From Octopus bimaculoides (lineage: Eukaryota), in contig NC_068985.1 of assembly GCF_001194135.2 (NCBI RefSeq), positions 25,357,254 through 25,421,253 on the forward strand: a DNA stretch of 64,000 bases, read 5' to 3'. Shown here in pieces: positions 50,450 through 62,995 of the stretch. Made by a program: the position numbers and the translations under genes. The notes beneath the pieces are model-generated. The model searched no databases, was not told the DNA's origin, and worked only from the letters and a program-made list of their open reading frames with translations. Position 1 is the first letter of the stretch. Every line of letters begins with the position of its first letter.

Positions 50450-51500
50450 TCAATGCACTTTCCCTGATTATTTATGACTTTCTTCCATCTATTTACAAGC
50501 TTTTTAATCCCATCAATGTAAGACTCTTTTGATTTCAAAGTGAAGAACTCTGAAATGTCAGTTTTGACCTCCTCCTGGCTAGTGAAAGTTATGTTCCTCA
50601 AACGATTCTGTAAACTATGAAACAAGTGATAGTCTGAAGGAGCAAGGTTGGGAGAATAAGGTGGATAAGGAATTTTTTCCCAACCAAGCTCTTCAATCTT
50701 CTGTGATAAGATCTTTGCAGTGTGGGGTCGTGCATTTTCCTGATGAAACATCGCTCCTTTCCGATTCACTAAAGCATGTCTTTTTTCTTCAAAGCTTGGT
50801 TCAAACGCTCTAATTGCTGACAGTAGACTTGAGCATTAATTGTTGCATTAGGTGGTAACAATTCAAAGTGAATTACTCCTTTGCAATCCCACCAGATAGA
50901 GAGAAGAACCTTCTTGGTTGTGGTTGAGCTTTTTCCCTTTTACCAAGCCACTGTTTACAACATTTAACAAATCAATAGAATATCCATTTTTTGTCACCAG
51001 TCACAAGTCCATCCAAAAAGGATGAAATGAGTTCGCAAAAATGGAGAGAAGAGCAGATGTCAACTTGGGATTTGCTGTTGCTTTCAGACAATTAATGAGG
51101 CACTCGTTTTCCAAGTTTAGGAACCTTTCCAAGTTGTTGAAGATTGAACAGTTGTATGGTTTGAACTAAGCTTTATTGCCAATTCTTCAACTGATAATGC
51201 AGGATTTCCTTCGACTAATACCTCAAGGAGCTTATCATCAAACTCAATTGGACATCCTGTTCAATCTCCATCTTCAAGGCTGAAATCTCCACTTCTGAAT
51301 TTTGCAAACCATCTTCTGTAAGTTCTTTCATTCAAGCATTCTTTCCCATAAACTGAGTGTATGTTTCAAGTCGCTTCGACTGCAGAGTTTCCTTTTTTAT
51401 ACTCATAAAGCATTATGTGCCTCAAATGTTCTTTGGATACTTCCATGTTAGAAAGGGTTTTAATCAAAGAAATTTTAATTCTATTATTCTGTAAAATAAT
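50445..51500 (-). mobile_element. Decayed mariner (DD34D)
   Basis: N-terminus MEVSKEHLRHIMLYEYKK near 51450. C-terminus FHQENARPHTA..YPPYSPNLAPSDYHLF..RWKKVINNQGKCIDD runs into (TA)n. Confidence 0.88.
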
Positions 51501-52908
51501 ATTTAATTAGTTTAAATGTACAGAAATGCATAAAAATAATTTTTAATTCCATTAGACATTCTAAAATACTATTAAATTTCATTCAATTTTAAAAAAGGTA
51601 AAATCGGACAGAACTTATAGGATGATCTGATATATATATTGTGTGTGTGTGTGTATCATCATCGTCACCTAATGTCTGTTTTTCTTGCTTGCATAGGTTG
51701 GACAGTTTGACATGGAGTTTTCCAGTTGGGGAGCTGTCCAGACTCCAATTGTCTGTTGTTTGTATGGCATGGTTTCTATGGCCGGATGCTCTTCCTAACA
51801 CCAACCACTTTATAGGGTGTGCTGATGACTATCTACATGCCACCGGTATGGGTGTACATCTACACAGCATCAGCATGAGTACATCTTATGTGGCACTGGC
51901 ACCTTTAAAGGGCAAGCCAGTATGTATGGGCAATAGTGATTTTGCTTGGCTTGGAGTGTCTTCACAAGTACATCAAATCGCTACAAACTCCTGGTCCTTT
52001 GTTATTTCCTCAGTGAGGCCCATGAAGGGCTTCTTTCAGTTTCTAAATCCACTCATAAGGCCTCTTGCCAGACCAGGGCTATAAAAGAAGACACTTGCCC
52101 AAGGTGACACACAGTGGGAGTGATCACCAAAAAATGTGGTTAGGAAGCAAACTTCTTACCATGCAGCCATGCCTACATTCAAGTCAGTGCCAAACAAAAG
52201 GCATTGCAGCTGTGACATTCCAGCAGAAACCAAAGTTATGATTTTAGGATTGTGTGAAGTTTTCGATGAGCGCACATGAAGCAAGGGAAATCAATTGGGA
52301 AAGCAATGCCTGTCATTGAAACCAATGGAGGAGACAAATAGAAGAAGGAAGGAGTTGATATTTTCAATAAAACTCACATTTCTCAGGCCAAATTTAAGCA
52401 CCGTAGTGAATGGGGGAATCTTGGTTTGCAATATCTGCAGATTTATATGTTTATCAAGAGCTAGGCTTCATAGTCACCAGCAGAGCCACAAGTGTTAAGT
52501 ACAAATTTTGTCTGAGTGCACAATGTTCTCCTTGGTTGGTGATGGTCTTCCTCAGTCACAAGTGGACAATCTTCATGTAGATATATGTATGTATGCATGT
52601 ATGTATGTATGTATGTATGTATGTATGCATGCATGTATGTATATATGAATGTATGTACACACACATATACATATGTATGCATGTATGTATGCACGCGTAC
52701 ATGTATGAATTTATATATTTATGTGTGTGTGTATGTATATCTTTTATGTGTTTCAGGCTAAAAGCTGTAGCCATGCTGAGAAACCGCCAGTATCATGGCC
52801 TTTTCAGTGCCTATCCCAATGTAGTTGGCTTTTGGTGAAGGAAGGAGTTTGATATTACTACCCTTGTTTGAATTTCTTGAAGCAAAAATAATAAACTTAA
52901 CAAATTTG

Positions 52909-52958
<50 letters not shown>

Positions 52959-53059
52959 NNNNNNNNNNNNNNNNGGGGGGGGGGGGGAGAGAGATATTAA
53001 AAGTTGTCAATGTTCTTAAGCAAAAAAATGAAACAATTATGAAGAAACTTTATACTTAC

Positions 53060-53217
53060 ATTAACTGACATAACAAATGTATTTACTCCAGCTGTAGAGG
53101 GAAGCAGTCCAAAGTATGTGCTACTTTGGTAAAATCTGTTAGCCACAAACTCAGGGCTGTGTTCATTAACATCAGTTACTCTTACTATCACTAATGCAGT
53201 TGGATACGTCTGGAATG
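53060..53217 (-). CDS. PCDH15: PCDH15-like exon (A)FQTYPTALVIVRVTDVNEHSPEFVANRFYQSSTYFGLLPSTAGVNTFVMSVN
   Basis: TCTTGCAG acceptor, GTAAGT donor, phase 1 to 0. DxNExxPxF linker. Confidence 0.93.
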
Positions 53218-53685
53218 CTGCAAGACAATGATTTGGCCATTACTGTTTATTCTTGAAGAATTTCTATTTTTTGCTAAATGTCCAAATATCTGAGTTTACA
53301 ATTATTTTCCTTTTTGTTGCTGATTAAAAATGATATGTCTAATGACTAAAGTAAGCATTGCTTTTAAATGAATTATGTATCTTCATTATGTAAGTATAAA
53401 AATAATGATGTTTGTTGCTAATGAAACAGTTGTTGAGCATAATTAAATTATGAACTATTTGTGAGGATATATTCTGATACCACTGCAGCCACTCACGTAA
53501 AATGTAAGGCAGCCATGAATCTGCTCCACAACAATAAACCTGTTCCTGCCCTCCCATCATACCTTAAACTTTCAATACCTTGCATAACACAACCAACTTA
53601 TCATTTATTCTCTATTTAAAACATAAATTCCACATTCAATTCATAATTTAATTGTGCCCAACAGTTATTTCATTAGCAATAAACA

Positions 53686-53935
53686 TCATCATCATCATCA
53701 TCATTGTCGTTTAACATCTGCTTTCTATGCTAGCATGGGTTGGACGATTTGACTGAGGACTGGTGAGCCAGATGGCTACACCAGGCTCCAATCTTATTTG
53801 GCAGAGCTTCTACGGCTGGATGCCCTTCCTAATGCCAACCACTCCGAGAGTGTAGTGGGTGCTTTTACGTGCTACTGGCACAAAGGCCAGTCAGGCGGTA
53901 CTAGCAATGGCCACGCTCAAAATGGTGTATTATAC
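53686..53935 (-). mobile_element. SINE family A copy
   Basis: Same consensus as 40748-41045. Confidence 0.85.
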
Positions 53936-54775
53936 ATCATTATTTATATGAGCACGTAATTAAGATACATGATTAATTAAAATTAATTTCATTTAAAAGT
54001 CATCAGAAGTATTATGCTAACCATAAGCAACTGCTGATGATTTGGATAACATCATTTTTCAATATATTTAATTTGAATTAATTATGTGAAGATAGAAAGC
54101 TGGTAGAATCATTAGTTTGCTGGACAAAATGCCTAGCAGAACTTCTTCTGACTTCAAATTCTGCTGAGACCAACTTATCCATTCAGGGTTCATAAAATAA
54201 GAATCAGTTGGGCACTGGGGGCAACATAATTGACTAGCTACCCCTTCCCACTAAATTTCAGGCCTTGTGCTTCTTTTGGAAAGAAAAAAATTAATTGTAA
54301 TCTTAATTATGTAACAATGGAAATAATGATATTAGTTGCTTATGAAACAGCTGTTGAGCACAAATTATGATCTATATATATAGTTTATACTTTTACAGCT
54401 TTTTATTAGATGTATTTGTGTGTGTGTGTGTGTGCTAGCATGTGTGCGTGCATGCATGCATATGTGTATTTGTTGTTCTGAGGTGTTTCTTTTACCTTTA
54501 TGTTTCTCTGAAAACCATGAACTACAAATAGTGATATTGTCATTTCTCCTGTTGATAAGCTGTCGGCTACCTTCATGTCTTGAATGGCATGTGAAATAAG
54601 AGATTCCTTAACTGATAAAGCAGAAAGCCTGAACATATAATGCAAAGCATTATATCTATTAACTTAATGGTTTTTGCCAATCTGTTAAATGCTCCTCAAA
54701 ACAATTATTTCTACAGAATAAGCAGCGAATGTTATAAGAAATTGGTAACAAAATACATTATGGTAAAAGACATAC

Positions 54776-54913
54776 CTAACAGTTTCCGTGTCTGCGAAGT
54801 GGAAAGTACAATCTCTAGATTGTATGTAGAATCTTTAGTTTCATAGTCAATTCCATTCAACAAACTGAGATCACATGAAGCTGTACTTATGTTATATTTC
54901 ACAGAAAAGAGCC
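54776..54913 (-). CDS. PCDH15: PCDH15-like exon (G)LFSVKYNISTASCDLSLLNGIDYETKDSTYNLEIVLSTSQTRKLL(A)
   Basis: TTTTGCAG acceptor, GTATGT donor, phase 1 to 1. DYE motif. Confidence 0.9.
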
Positions 54914-56443
54914 CTGCAAAACAGTCAAGTAAATCATTAAGTAAAGTTAGTTATTTAATAGAAGGAAATGAAAAAAAAAAAAAAAGAAAAAATATAAAAT
55001 TCAAAAAGCAATACACATACTTCATCTATACTTTACTAATTAGTCAATGGAGAGTTTCTCCAAAATTACTTCAGTTGTTAGAAACACCAGCTCTCAAGTC
55101 ACTTAAAATCATAAATTCCATCTTAAATAAAAATACATTCAATTCTTTTTTGGAACAGTGAAAGTTGAACCAGATGAAGCTATAGATATTAGCATGTAAA
55201 TATGGGGTTAAAAATCTTTGAGGTTTTCTATTCAAAGGGATTCTAATCCAAGGTTTATATGCTGTTATTTATAGTTTCATCTACTTTGTGCTTCACCATT
55301 CCAAAAACAAAAAAAAACAACAAAAAAACAAAACAAAACAAAAAAAACATTTAGAATCCTGCTTCTTGCACTAAAGGCATGCTTGATGAGAATTTAATAG
55401 GATCAAAGAGTAATATTTGGTATAAATAGAGGATGAATAATTGGTTAAACATCAACCACAAGAAAGGCAACAATGAATCACGGAAGGAAAGAGTGACTTT
55501 ACTACAACTTTGAAGAATTGATATTGAAATTCTTTCTCAGATCAATTAAGCAACAAGATATGTTCATTGCTTAAAAATGAAGTAATTTTAATGGTTACAT
55601 CTAACAAAATTATGTATTTTAGCTATTAGATTGAAATCAATAAGAATTTAGAAAGAAGTCTAGGTCTACTATAGAGAATTTTTTCTAAATACAATAAATT
55701 TATTATTAGCTGCTGGGCATATACTATTAGTTGCTAGGTGCTGGTATGGCTGTATAGTTAAAGAAGTTCACTTTCCAAACACAAGGTTTCAAATTCAGTC
55801 TCACAGTATGGTACCTTGGGGAAGTGTCTTCTACTATAGCCTGGAGCTGATCAAAGACTTCTGAATGGATTTGGGAGATGGAAATTGAAAGAAACCTGTT
55901 TTTTCTGAGATTTTTTTTTGACATTATGCAATAGTTGTAAGCTAGCATCGTTGTCACCCAAGCAGTGTCCTTTACCTCAAATGTTCCACTAAAGCATACC
56001 CGAGCATGGGGAAATGTTACCTTATATAGAAACAGGCGAGGGTTAGTGAAAGGAAGATCATTTGGCCATAGAAAATCTGCCACAATAAATTCCATCTAAC
56101 CCATGCAAGCATGGAAAAGTAGACGTTAAACTGATAATGATAATGATGATGATGATAATTCAATCTTCAGCAGTTTGTTAGAAGTTAATTGTATATAACA
56201 ACTGCCAGCTATTAGGCTTTTACAAGAGAGTACTAGATAAATTAGGGGAGAATTCACAAAAAAACAAAATATGAAGACTGGTGGTGTAGACAAAAAACAG
56301 ATGTATTAGTATAACACTCGTGAAGTGAAAAATCTTTAACATTTCGAGCCTACGCTCTTCCACAGAAAGAAACAAGGAGAGAAAATAAAGAATGTGTAGT
56401 GGCTAGCGATCTATCATGGCTAAATTAATATTGTTTTCTTTAC

Positions 56444-56553
56444 CTTCATCTCCAGTCTGTATTTTACAAATCATGCTGTTTGTTTTTTCTGTATTTTCCA
56501 CTTTCATGGCCAGAATGATCGCGTTTTCTTTAGTGTTTTCAGGAATAGTTACA
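56444..56553 (-). CDS. PCDH15: PCDH15-like exon (Y)VTIPENTKENAIILAMKVENTEKTNSMICKIQTGDE(G)
   Basis: TTTTAG acceptor, GTAAAG donor, phase 2 to 1. YxVxIPEN motif. Confidence 0.9.
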
Positions 56554-56859
56554 CTAAAATTAAAACAAACAGGAAATATACATAAAGAAAGATGAGTGAT
56601 ATTCTGCTTAATTGCAGTAACTTAATAAATTAATAACTGCAATTATCTCTTTAAAACAGTTCTCTTTGTGCTAACTTTTGACTATTTCACTGCAATGTTT
56701 TTGCATATTTTAAACATTTACAAGGTTTTGAGTTCAGTTCCAATGCGCAGCACCATAAAGCATTGTCTTCTACTATAGCCTCAGATTTACCAATGCTCTG
56801 TGATGTGTGTGTCTGATGGAAATTGTATGGAAGCTCATCTTCTATGCATACTTGTATGC

Positions 56860-56887
56860 ATGTATGTGTGTGTGTGTGTGTGTGTGT

Positions 56888-56980
<93 letters not shown>
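56860..56980. repeat. Long (TG)n microsatellite; other (TA)n, (CA)n, (GA)n, (TTA)n and (ACCT)n tracts occur throughout
   Basis: Directly visible, e.g. (TTA)n at 29305-29352, 39640-39700 and 60462-60525; (ACCT)n at 40005-40050. Confidence 0.95.
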
Positions 56981-56981
<1 letters not shown>

Positions 56982-57370
56982 TCATACATACATCTTTGTG
57001 TTTGTCTCTTAGCACTTGACAACTGGTATTTGTTTACATCCCCATATCCTAGAGTTTCAGCAATAAGTGACCAATTGAATAAATACCAGTCTTAATAGCA
57101 AGCACAGAGATCAATTTGATTGACTCAAAGATATTAACTCAGCATGGTTGTAGTCCAATGACCAGTTGTAGCCATCTTAAATTTATATAAAATTAAAATA
57201 AATTTATGAACTGTGTCAATTATAATGGTTTATAAACTTATTTCATTAACATGAACTTATGACTACATTGGTTTTGTTAATTTCTCATTGCTATAGGAGC
57301 TAATGCCTCGATTTTTTTTACAAGTTCCTACAGGGCTTCAGCCACTCCAGTTATGAAAACCTTATGTTCA

Positions 57371-57975
57371 TCATCATAATCATCATCGTTTAACGTCCGC
57401 TTTCCATGCTAGCATGGGTTGGACGATTTGACTGAGGACTGGTGGACCAGGAGGCGACACCAGGCTCCAATCTGATTTGGCAGAGTTTCTACAGCTGAAT
57501 GCCCTTCCTAACACTAACCACTCCGAGAGTNNNNNNNNNNAGTTTCTACAGCTGAATGCCCTTCCTAACACTAACCACTCCGAGAGTGTAGTGGGTGCTT
57601 TTACGTGCCACCGGCATGAGGGCCAGTCAGGCAGGTACTGGCAATGGCCACGCTTGAAATGGTGTATTTTACGTGCCACCTGCACAAGGGCCAGTCCAGG
57701 GGCATTGGCAACGATCTCCCTCGGATGTCTTACTGACAACGGCCACACTTGAAATGGTGTATTTTACGTGTCACCTGCACAGGAGCCAGTCCATTGGCAC
57801 TGGCAACGATCTCACTTGAATGTCTTTTCACGTGCCACTGGCACAAGTGCCAGGAAAGGCGACGTTGATAATGATCATGCTGGTGCTATTTACGTGCCAC
57901 CGGCACTGAAGCCAGACAGCTGCTCTGGCAATGATCAAGCTCGGACGGTGCTCTTAGTGCTCCACTGGTACAGGT
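57371..57975 (-). mobile_element. Long SINE family A copy with internal TTTACGTGCCAC-anchored subrepeats
   Basis: Family A 3' end plus at least 5 imperfect units starting (T)TTACGTG(C/T)CAC. Confidence 0.8.
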
Positions 57976-59054
57976 GCCATCATGATTTCGCTTATGTTGT
58001 TAATAGCAAATCATTTGCCTTATTGTACCATAAATGTTCTGCTGCATTGAACTTTGATATTTCTTTTCCTCTCAGATTTAATGACCTTCAGTTTTCCTTT
58101 TTAGGATTTATCTAACTTCACTTTCACAAATTCTTCTGAAAAAACTATGGCATATTAAAGAATTCTTTAGTTCAATACGTCGTCAATTCTTTTATAAGTT
58201 AGACATGTTTTTCTCAAAGTTGCATGGCTTAGTGGTTAGAGCATCAGGCTCACAATCATGAAGTAGTTAGTTCGATTTTCAGACCATGCTGAGTTGTGTT
58301 CTTGAGCAAGATACTTTATTTCATGTTGCTCCAGTTCACCCATCTGTAAAATGAGTTGTGATGTCACTGATACCAAGCTGTATTGGCCTTTGCCCTTCCC
58401 TTGGATAACATCGGTAGCATGGAGAGGGGAGGCTGTTATGCATGAGCGACTGTTGGTCTTCCATAAACAACGTTGCCCTGACTTGTACCCCAGAGAACTT
58501 TCTAGGTGCAATTCCATGGTCAGTCATGATCAAAGGGGGTCATTACCCTTTTACTCTGATAAAGTGGAGAGTTACTTCTCACCATTGTTCTGCTTTTATA
58601 ATATTTTACCAGTAATGCATATGTCATAATGCAGTGTTAGAATAGAATTATGTTTTGCCTCATGCTCACACATGTTAATAGATGTAGGTCTCCAGTTATG
58701 TTATGACTAATTTCTTACCCCAAGATTTATGTAGAATATATTTTGTGTAAGTGTCTTTATTGGAATAAATCTCTTTTCCTTCTTTGATGTTGTAAATTCT
58801 GTGATTTTATGGTAGAGCATAAGAATGTTAACCAAGACTAATTAATTCAATTCAACTGCAAGAGTATGTATGGAAAAGTAAGACATCTCATACTGAAATT
58901 GATAGAAACTGAAAAGACCTGCAGAGATCAATGCTTTCTGATTATCCAATATTGTATTTATAATTACAGTATTGGGTGATTAGAAAGTATTGTATAAAGT
59001 TCATAAAAATTACATATTCAAAGTTGAAAAGTGTTGATAGCATAGACAACTTAC

Positions 59055-59176
59055 TAATAGACTGGCTGGACAAAACCCATTTTCCCACCAGATTGTATCA
59101 CTTTGGTGACATTTATGGTAATGCTTGCTTCTGCTGTTTTTGGATTCCAGCCTCCGTCTTTAGCAATTACCTTGAA
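59055..59176 (-). CDS. PCDH15: PCDH15-like exon FKVIAKDGGWNPKTAEASITINVTKVIQSGGKMGFVQPVY(Y)
   Basis: CATTTCAG acceptor, GTAAGT donor, phase 0 to 2. VxAxDGG motif. Confidence 0.92.
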
Positions 59177-59611
59177 CTGAAATGATCAGATGCATTTAAA
59201 TAATTGAAATAACATGTTGAAGAAAGATGTGAAATGACTTGATGAAGAAATATAATAAGTGACATCATTCTCTATGATGGTCTTCAATATACATGCACAT
59301 GGGACACACATACTAAACATATGGACACACTCACATGTGCAGACAGATACAAATGTAAACACATGATAATAATAAAAATAAGTCTTTACCTTAGAACAAT
59401 ACTATAAATTAGTAAGGTAAGTGGCATGATTGATTAAAGAGTTCTAATTCGTAACTGGAACATATTTCATTGATACAAGAGAAGGAAAAGGTAATTTAAC
59501 TCTTGTGGGATTTTCACTCTGAACATAAAATGGTAAAAACTAAACACATTAAGGTATTATTTTGCATCATTTTGGCCACAAGCATTTTATCAATATTATT
59601 ATTATTATTAT

Positions 59612-59946
59612 TGTTCAGTAGTTTTATTTTTATAACGTGCTTTCACTTCACTACCGAGCGCAGCTCTGTGCGCCTTGGGTATGTGCTGTGGTTTGCTGTG
59701 GTGTTCTTATGGTTACTGTATTGAAAGCGCTTTGCGTAGGATATGTGCAGTGCCCAGTAGTGCAATTTTCTGTATGTTATATATATTTGTAAGTCCTGGT
59801 ATTTTTGTTATGTATTTGTCTGAATATTTTTTTATTATAGCTAAGGCACCTACTATGATAGGAATTGTTTCTGTTTTTAGATTCCACATTCGAGTTATCT
59901 CTATTTCCAGGTCTTTGTATTTTGAAAGTTTTTCCATTTCTTTTAG
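59612..59946 (-). mobile_element. Intact-looking 3' end of an R4/Dong-like LINE (rest lies in the N gap)
   Basis: KEMEKLSKYKDLEIEITRMWNLKTETIPIIVGALA..QKIALLGTAHILRKALSIQ*, then a 3' UTR ending in (AAT)n. Confidence 0.82.
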
Positions 59947-60462
59947 NNNNNNNNNNNNNNNNNNNNNNNNNNNNNNNNNNNNNNNNNNNNNNNNNNNNNN
60001 NNNNNNNNNNNNNNNNNNNNNNNNNNNNNNNNNNNNNNNNNNNNNNNNNNNNNNNNNNNNNNNNNNNNNNNNNNNNNNNNNNNNNNNNNNNNNNNNNNNN
60101 NNNNNNNNNNNNNNNNNNNNNNNNNNNNNNNNNNNNNNNNNNNNNNNNNNNNNNNNNNNNNNNNNNNNNNNNNNNNNNNNNNNNNNNNNNNNNNNNNNNN
60201 NNNNNNNNNNNNNNNNNNNNNNNNNNNNNNNNNNNNNNNNNNNNNNNNNNNNNNNNNNNNNNNNNNNNNNNNNNNNNNNNNNNNNNNNNNNNNNNNNNNN
60301 NNNNNNNNNNNNNNNNNNNNNNNNNNNNNNNNNNNNNNNNNNNNNNNNNNNNNNNNNNNNNNNNNNNNNNNNNNNNNNNNNNNNNNNNNNNNNNNNNNNN
60401 NNNNNNNNNNNNNNNNNNNNNNNNNNNNNNNNNNNNNNNNNNNNNNNNNNNNNNNNNNNNNN

Positions 60463-60525
<63 letters not shown>

Positions 60526-61327
60526 GTTCAAATTCTGCCAAGGTCAACTTTGCCTTTCATCCTTTCGGAATTGATAAATTAAGTACCAGTGAAATACTGG
60601 AGTCAATGTAATTGACTAGTTCCCTCCCCTAAAATTGCAGGCCTTGTGCCTTTCGCAGAAAGGATCATTATTATTATCATTATTATTATTATTATTATTA
60701 TTATCACTTCGAGCCTGACAGCAGCTCCAATATTTTTAATATGCTTTTCAAAGCTCTTGGAACGGCTCCCAATGCTCCAGTTACCAGAAATTATTATAAT
60801 TATTATCATTATTAGTAGTAGTATTAAGGTGGCTAACTGGCAGAGTCATGATCTGCTACTAATTAATGAGAGAGGATGTAAGAAAACTTTTAATGTAACT
60901 AGCAGACTATGAGAAGCAGAGAATATTGTAATGATAGTTCAAGAAGCAAAATAATAAAATAGCAAGTCATTAGCCCATGCATCAAAGAGTATGCAGCAGC
61001 TTAAAACTTGAATGGTCTCTTTTCTTCTGTACTATGACTGGATTTTGTTTTTATCTTATAATCAGATGGGAAGGTAGTGCTCATGACCATTTACTGGGCC
61101 TTTGAGACTGGTGGAAAGGAGAAAAGAAAATACACTACTGCTTGAGATCTGGATCAAAAACTTGCAGCAGAGTGAACTCTGTTAAAGATGCCTAAAGTGC
61201 TAAGTGGTGGTGTGTTACATCTGGATGAAGTGTACCACCAAAGTATACTATCTGGTCTAAAAGTAAACAATCTGATCATAATATCCAAGATATCCAAGAA
61301 AAAATTATTAATTTAGTGTGAACTTAC

Positions 61328-61459
61328 ATTGAACATCCTGCTGTCTGTTATTGATAAAGGAGTTTCTAAGTATAAATCCCCTTGATTTGTAATAGCAAAA
61401 TATTTTCTGGCATCAGCATACTTATCAGGTATTGACAGTATAACTTCTCCATTTGGATT
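61328..61459 (-). CDS. PCDH15: PCDH15-like exon NPNGEVILSIPDKYADARKYFAITNQGDLYLETPLSITDSRMFN
   Basis: TTTCAG acceptor, GTAAGT donor, 132 nt in phase 0. NGxV, YFAI and GxL cadherin pattern. Confidence 0.9.
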
Positions 61460-62304
61460 CTGAAATTAAGAAAAAATGACTTTATAGCTAAAGTTCTGAT
61501 ATATTTAAGATTTTGATTTAGAAAAAGTATTTTAAAAATTGGTTAAAATAGTCAAAACGACAAATTCTAATTAAAAACAATTTCCATTAATAATATTTCA
61601 GAGATTTTTGCAATTAGACTCATAACAAATATCAATAAAACTTTTATCAAATGTTGCCTTTCCCAATAAAAGAAATGTTGTTGCTGTTTAACTCCAGGTT
61701 GGTTCATCTCATTCAGAACCAAATAATGATCAAAGATGTTCCAGTTGTAACCATCTCATTTTTCATTTATTAAGTACAGTGCATCCAGTGTTACTTTCTT
61801 CTCCCAAGGCACAATTCGAGGGAGATTCAAGTTGCTATATGTATGATGTTGAGCAAAGATGTATAGAACCCCTCCACCCCATCCTTTGGACTTATGATAA
61901 GAGACATGTTTTAAGAGTCATCAACTGTTTTGACAGTTTCTTTGAAATTCTGGGGCAAATTTTCAATAGCTAGGTGAACAGATAAAATTTAGGGTCAAGT
62001 CTGAAACTCAAAAATTGAACAAAATGCTTACAACACATTTTGAACTCATCCATGAGGAGTAGGTAATCCAATGCTGTATTTACTTAACTTTTTTTTTTTT
62101 TGCATAATAAAATCTATGTTGTTTTTTATACTTTTCTGTTGAAAACTTCTAGGATATTTTCAAATTGCTCTATTTAGTAATGGTATCTTTTAATTAATCT
62201 TTTGAGTAACATTACTTCTGCCAGACAGAAAACCAAATGCAGCTGGTTCAAAGCAAACAAAATTCTAAAACTCAACAGGAACAAAATTTAAATGGCTTAC
62301 TTAC

Positions 62305-62496
62305 ATTTAAAGATCTGTCTTGATCACTAACATTTAATTTCAAAATAGTTCTGGTTGGAGTGAAAGTACTCAGTATTGATACAGATATACTGGAGGGTTG
62401 CAAAACTGGCGGATAGCTATTTCGTTCAATGTTGACAATAACAAGGGTGGAACCAGACATTGGTTGAAGGGACTGGTCAGTAGCTATCACAGTTAA
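62305..62496 (-). CDS. PCDH15: PCDH15-like exon LTVIATDQSLQPMSGSTLVIVNIERNSYPPVLQ...LKLNVSDQDRSLN
   Basis: TTCCAG acceptor, GTAAGT donor, 192 nt. LTVxAxD, xP-SxT-VxVxI and DxD cadherin motifs. Confidence 0.92.
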
Positions 62497-62878
62497 CTGG
62501 AATATAAAAGAAAAGAAATAAAGAAATAAGGCCATTGATTAAAGAGTTCTAAAACTTGGAGATAAATTCTTCATATTTGCTGAAAATATGACCAGTCATT
62601 AGAATTAATGTTTTACTAATTTTCTGGTGTAGAATAAAACAAGTTTATTTTTGACATAGAAAGCATAATCAAAGTTATATGATGCTCTGTAAAGAATTGA
62701 TAGTTTTCTTTACTATGCATGAGAAACAAGTAAATCCAAATAAACAGTTTTTGATAATAGCAATAACAATGATGGAAAGAAAAAAAATTTGGTTAATATC
62801 TGAGATAATGCTTGAATATTGTAAAATATTTTAGGAGAGAAAGGAAAACAAACAAATAGAAATCTATAGAAAACTTAC

Positions 62879-62995
62879 GTTTACTTGATTACCAATCAAA
62901 TTTGTTGCAAGTGATGCTCTAACATAAATATTTCCAAAATTACTAATGGAGAAGTAATTACTGAATGGAGAAATGTAGTAATTTAATGCATTTGC
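62879..62995 (-). CDS. PCDH15: PCDH15/Cad99C-like cadherin exon ANALNYYISPFSNYFSISNFGNIYVRASLATNLIGNQVN; gene continues upstream (higher coordinates)
   Basis: Minus-strand TTCTTTCTACAG acceptor and GTAAGT donor, 117 nt in phase 0. Cadherin-type YxI/FSI/GxI strands. Confidence 0.85.

Noticed and set aside
54496-54628. Exon-like segment (TTCAG...AAG|GTAAAA) with an open frame LSALSVKES...KVADSLSTGEMTISLFV
   Set aside because: It is 133 nt, and its only open frame is incompatible with the phase-1 neighbours, which join cleanly without it. Inclusion would give a premature stop. A poison exon cannot be excluded without RNA data.
57483-57590. Apparent 47-bp tandem duplication
   Set aside because: The copies flank a 10-N gap, typical of an unmerged contig overlap.
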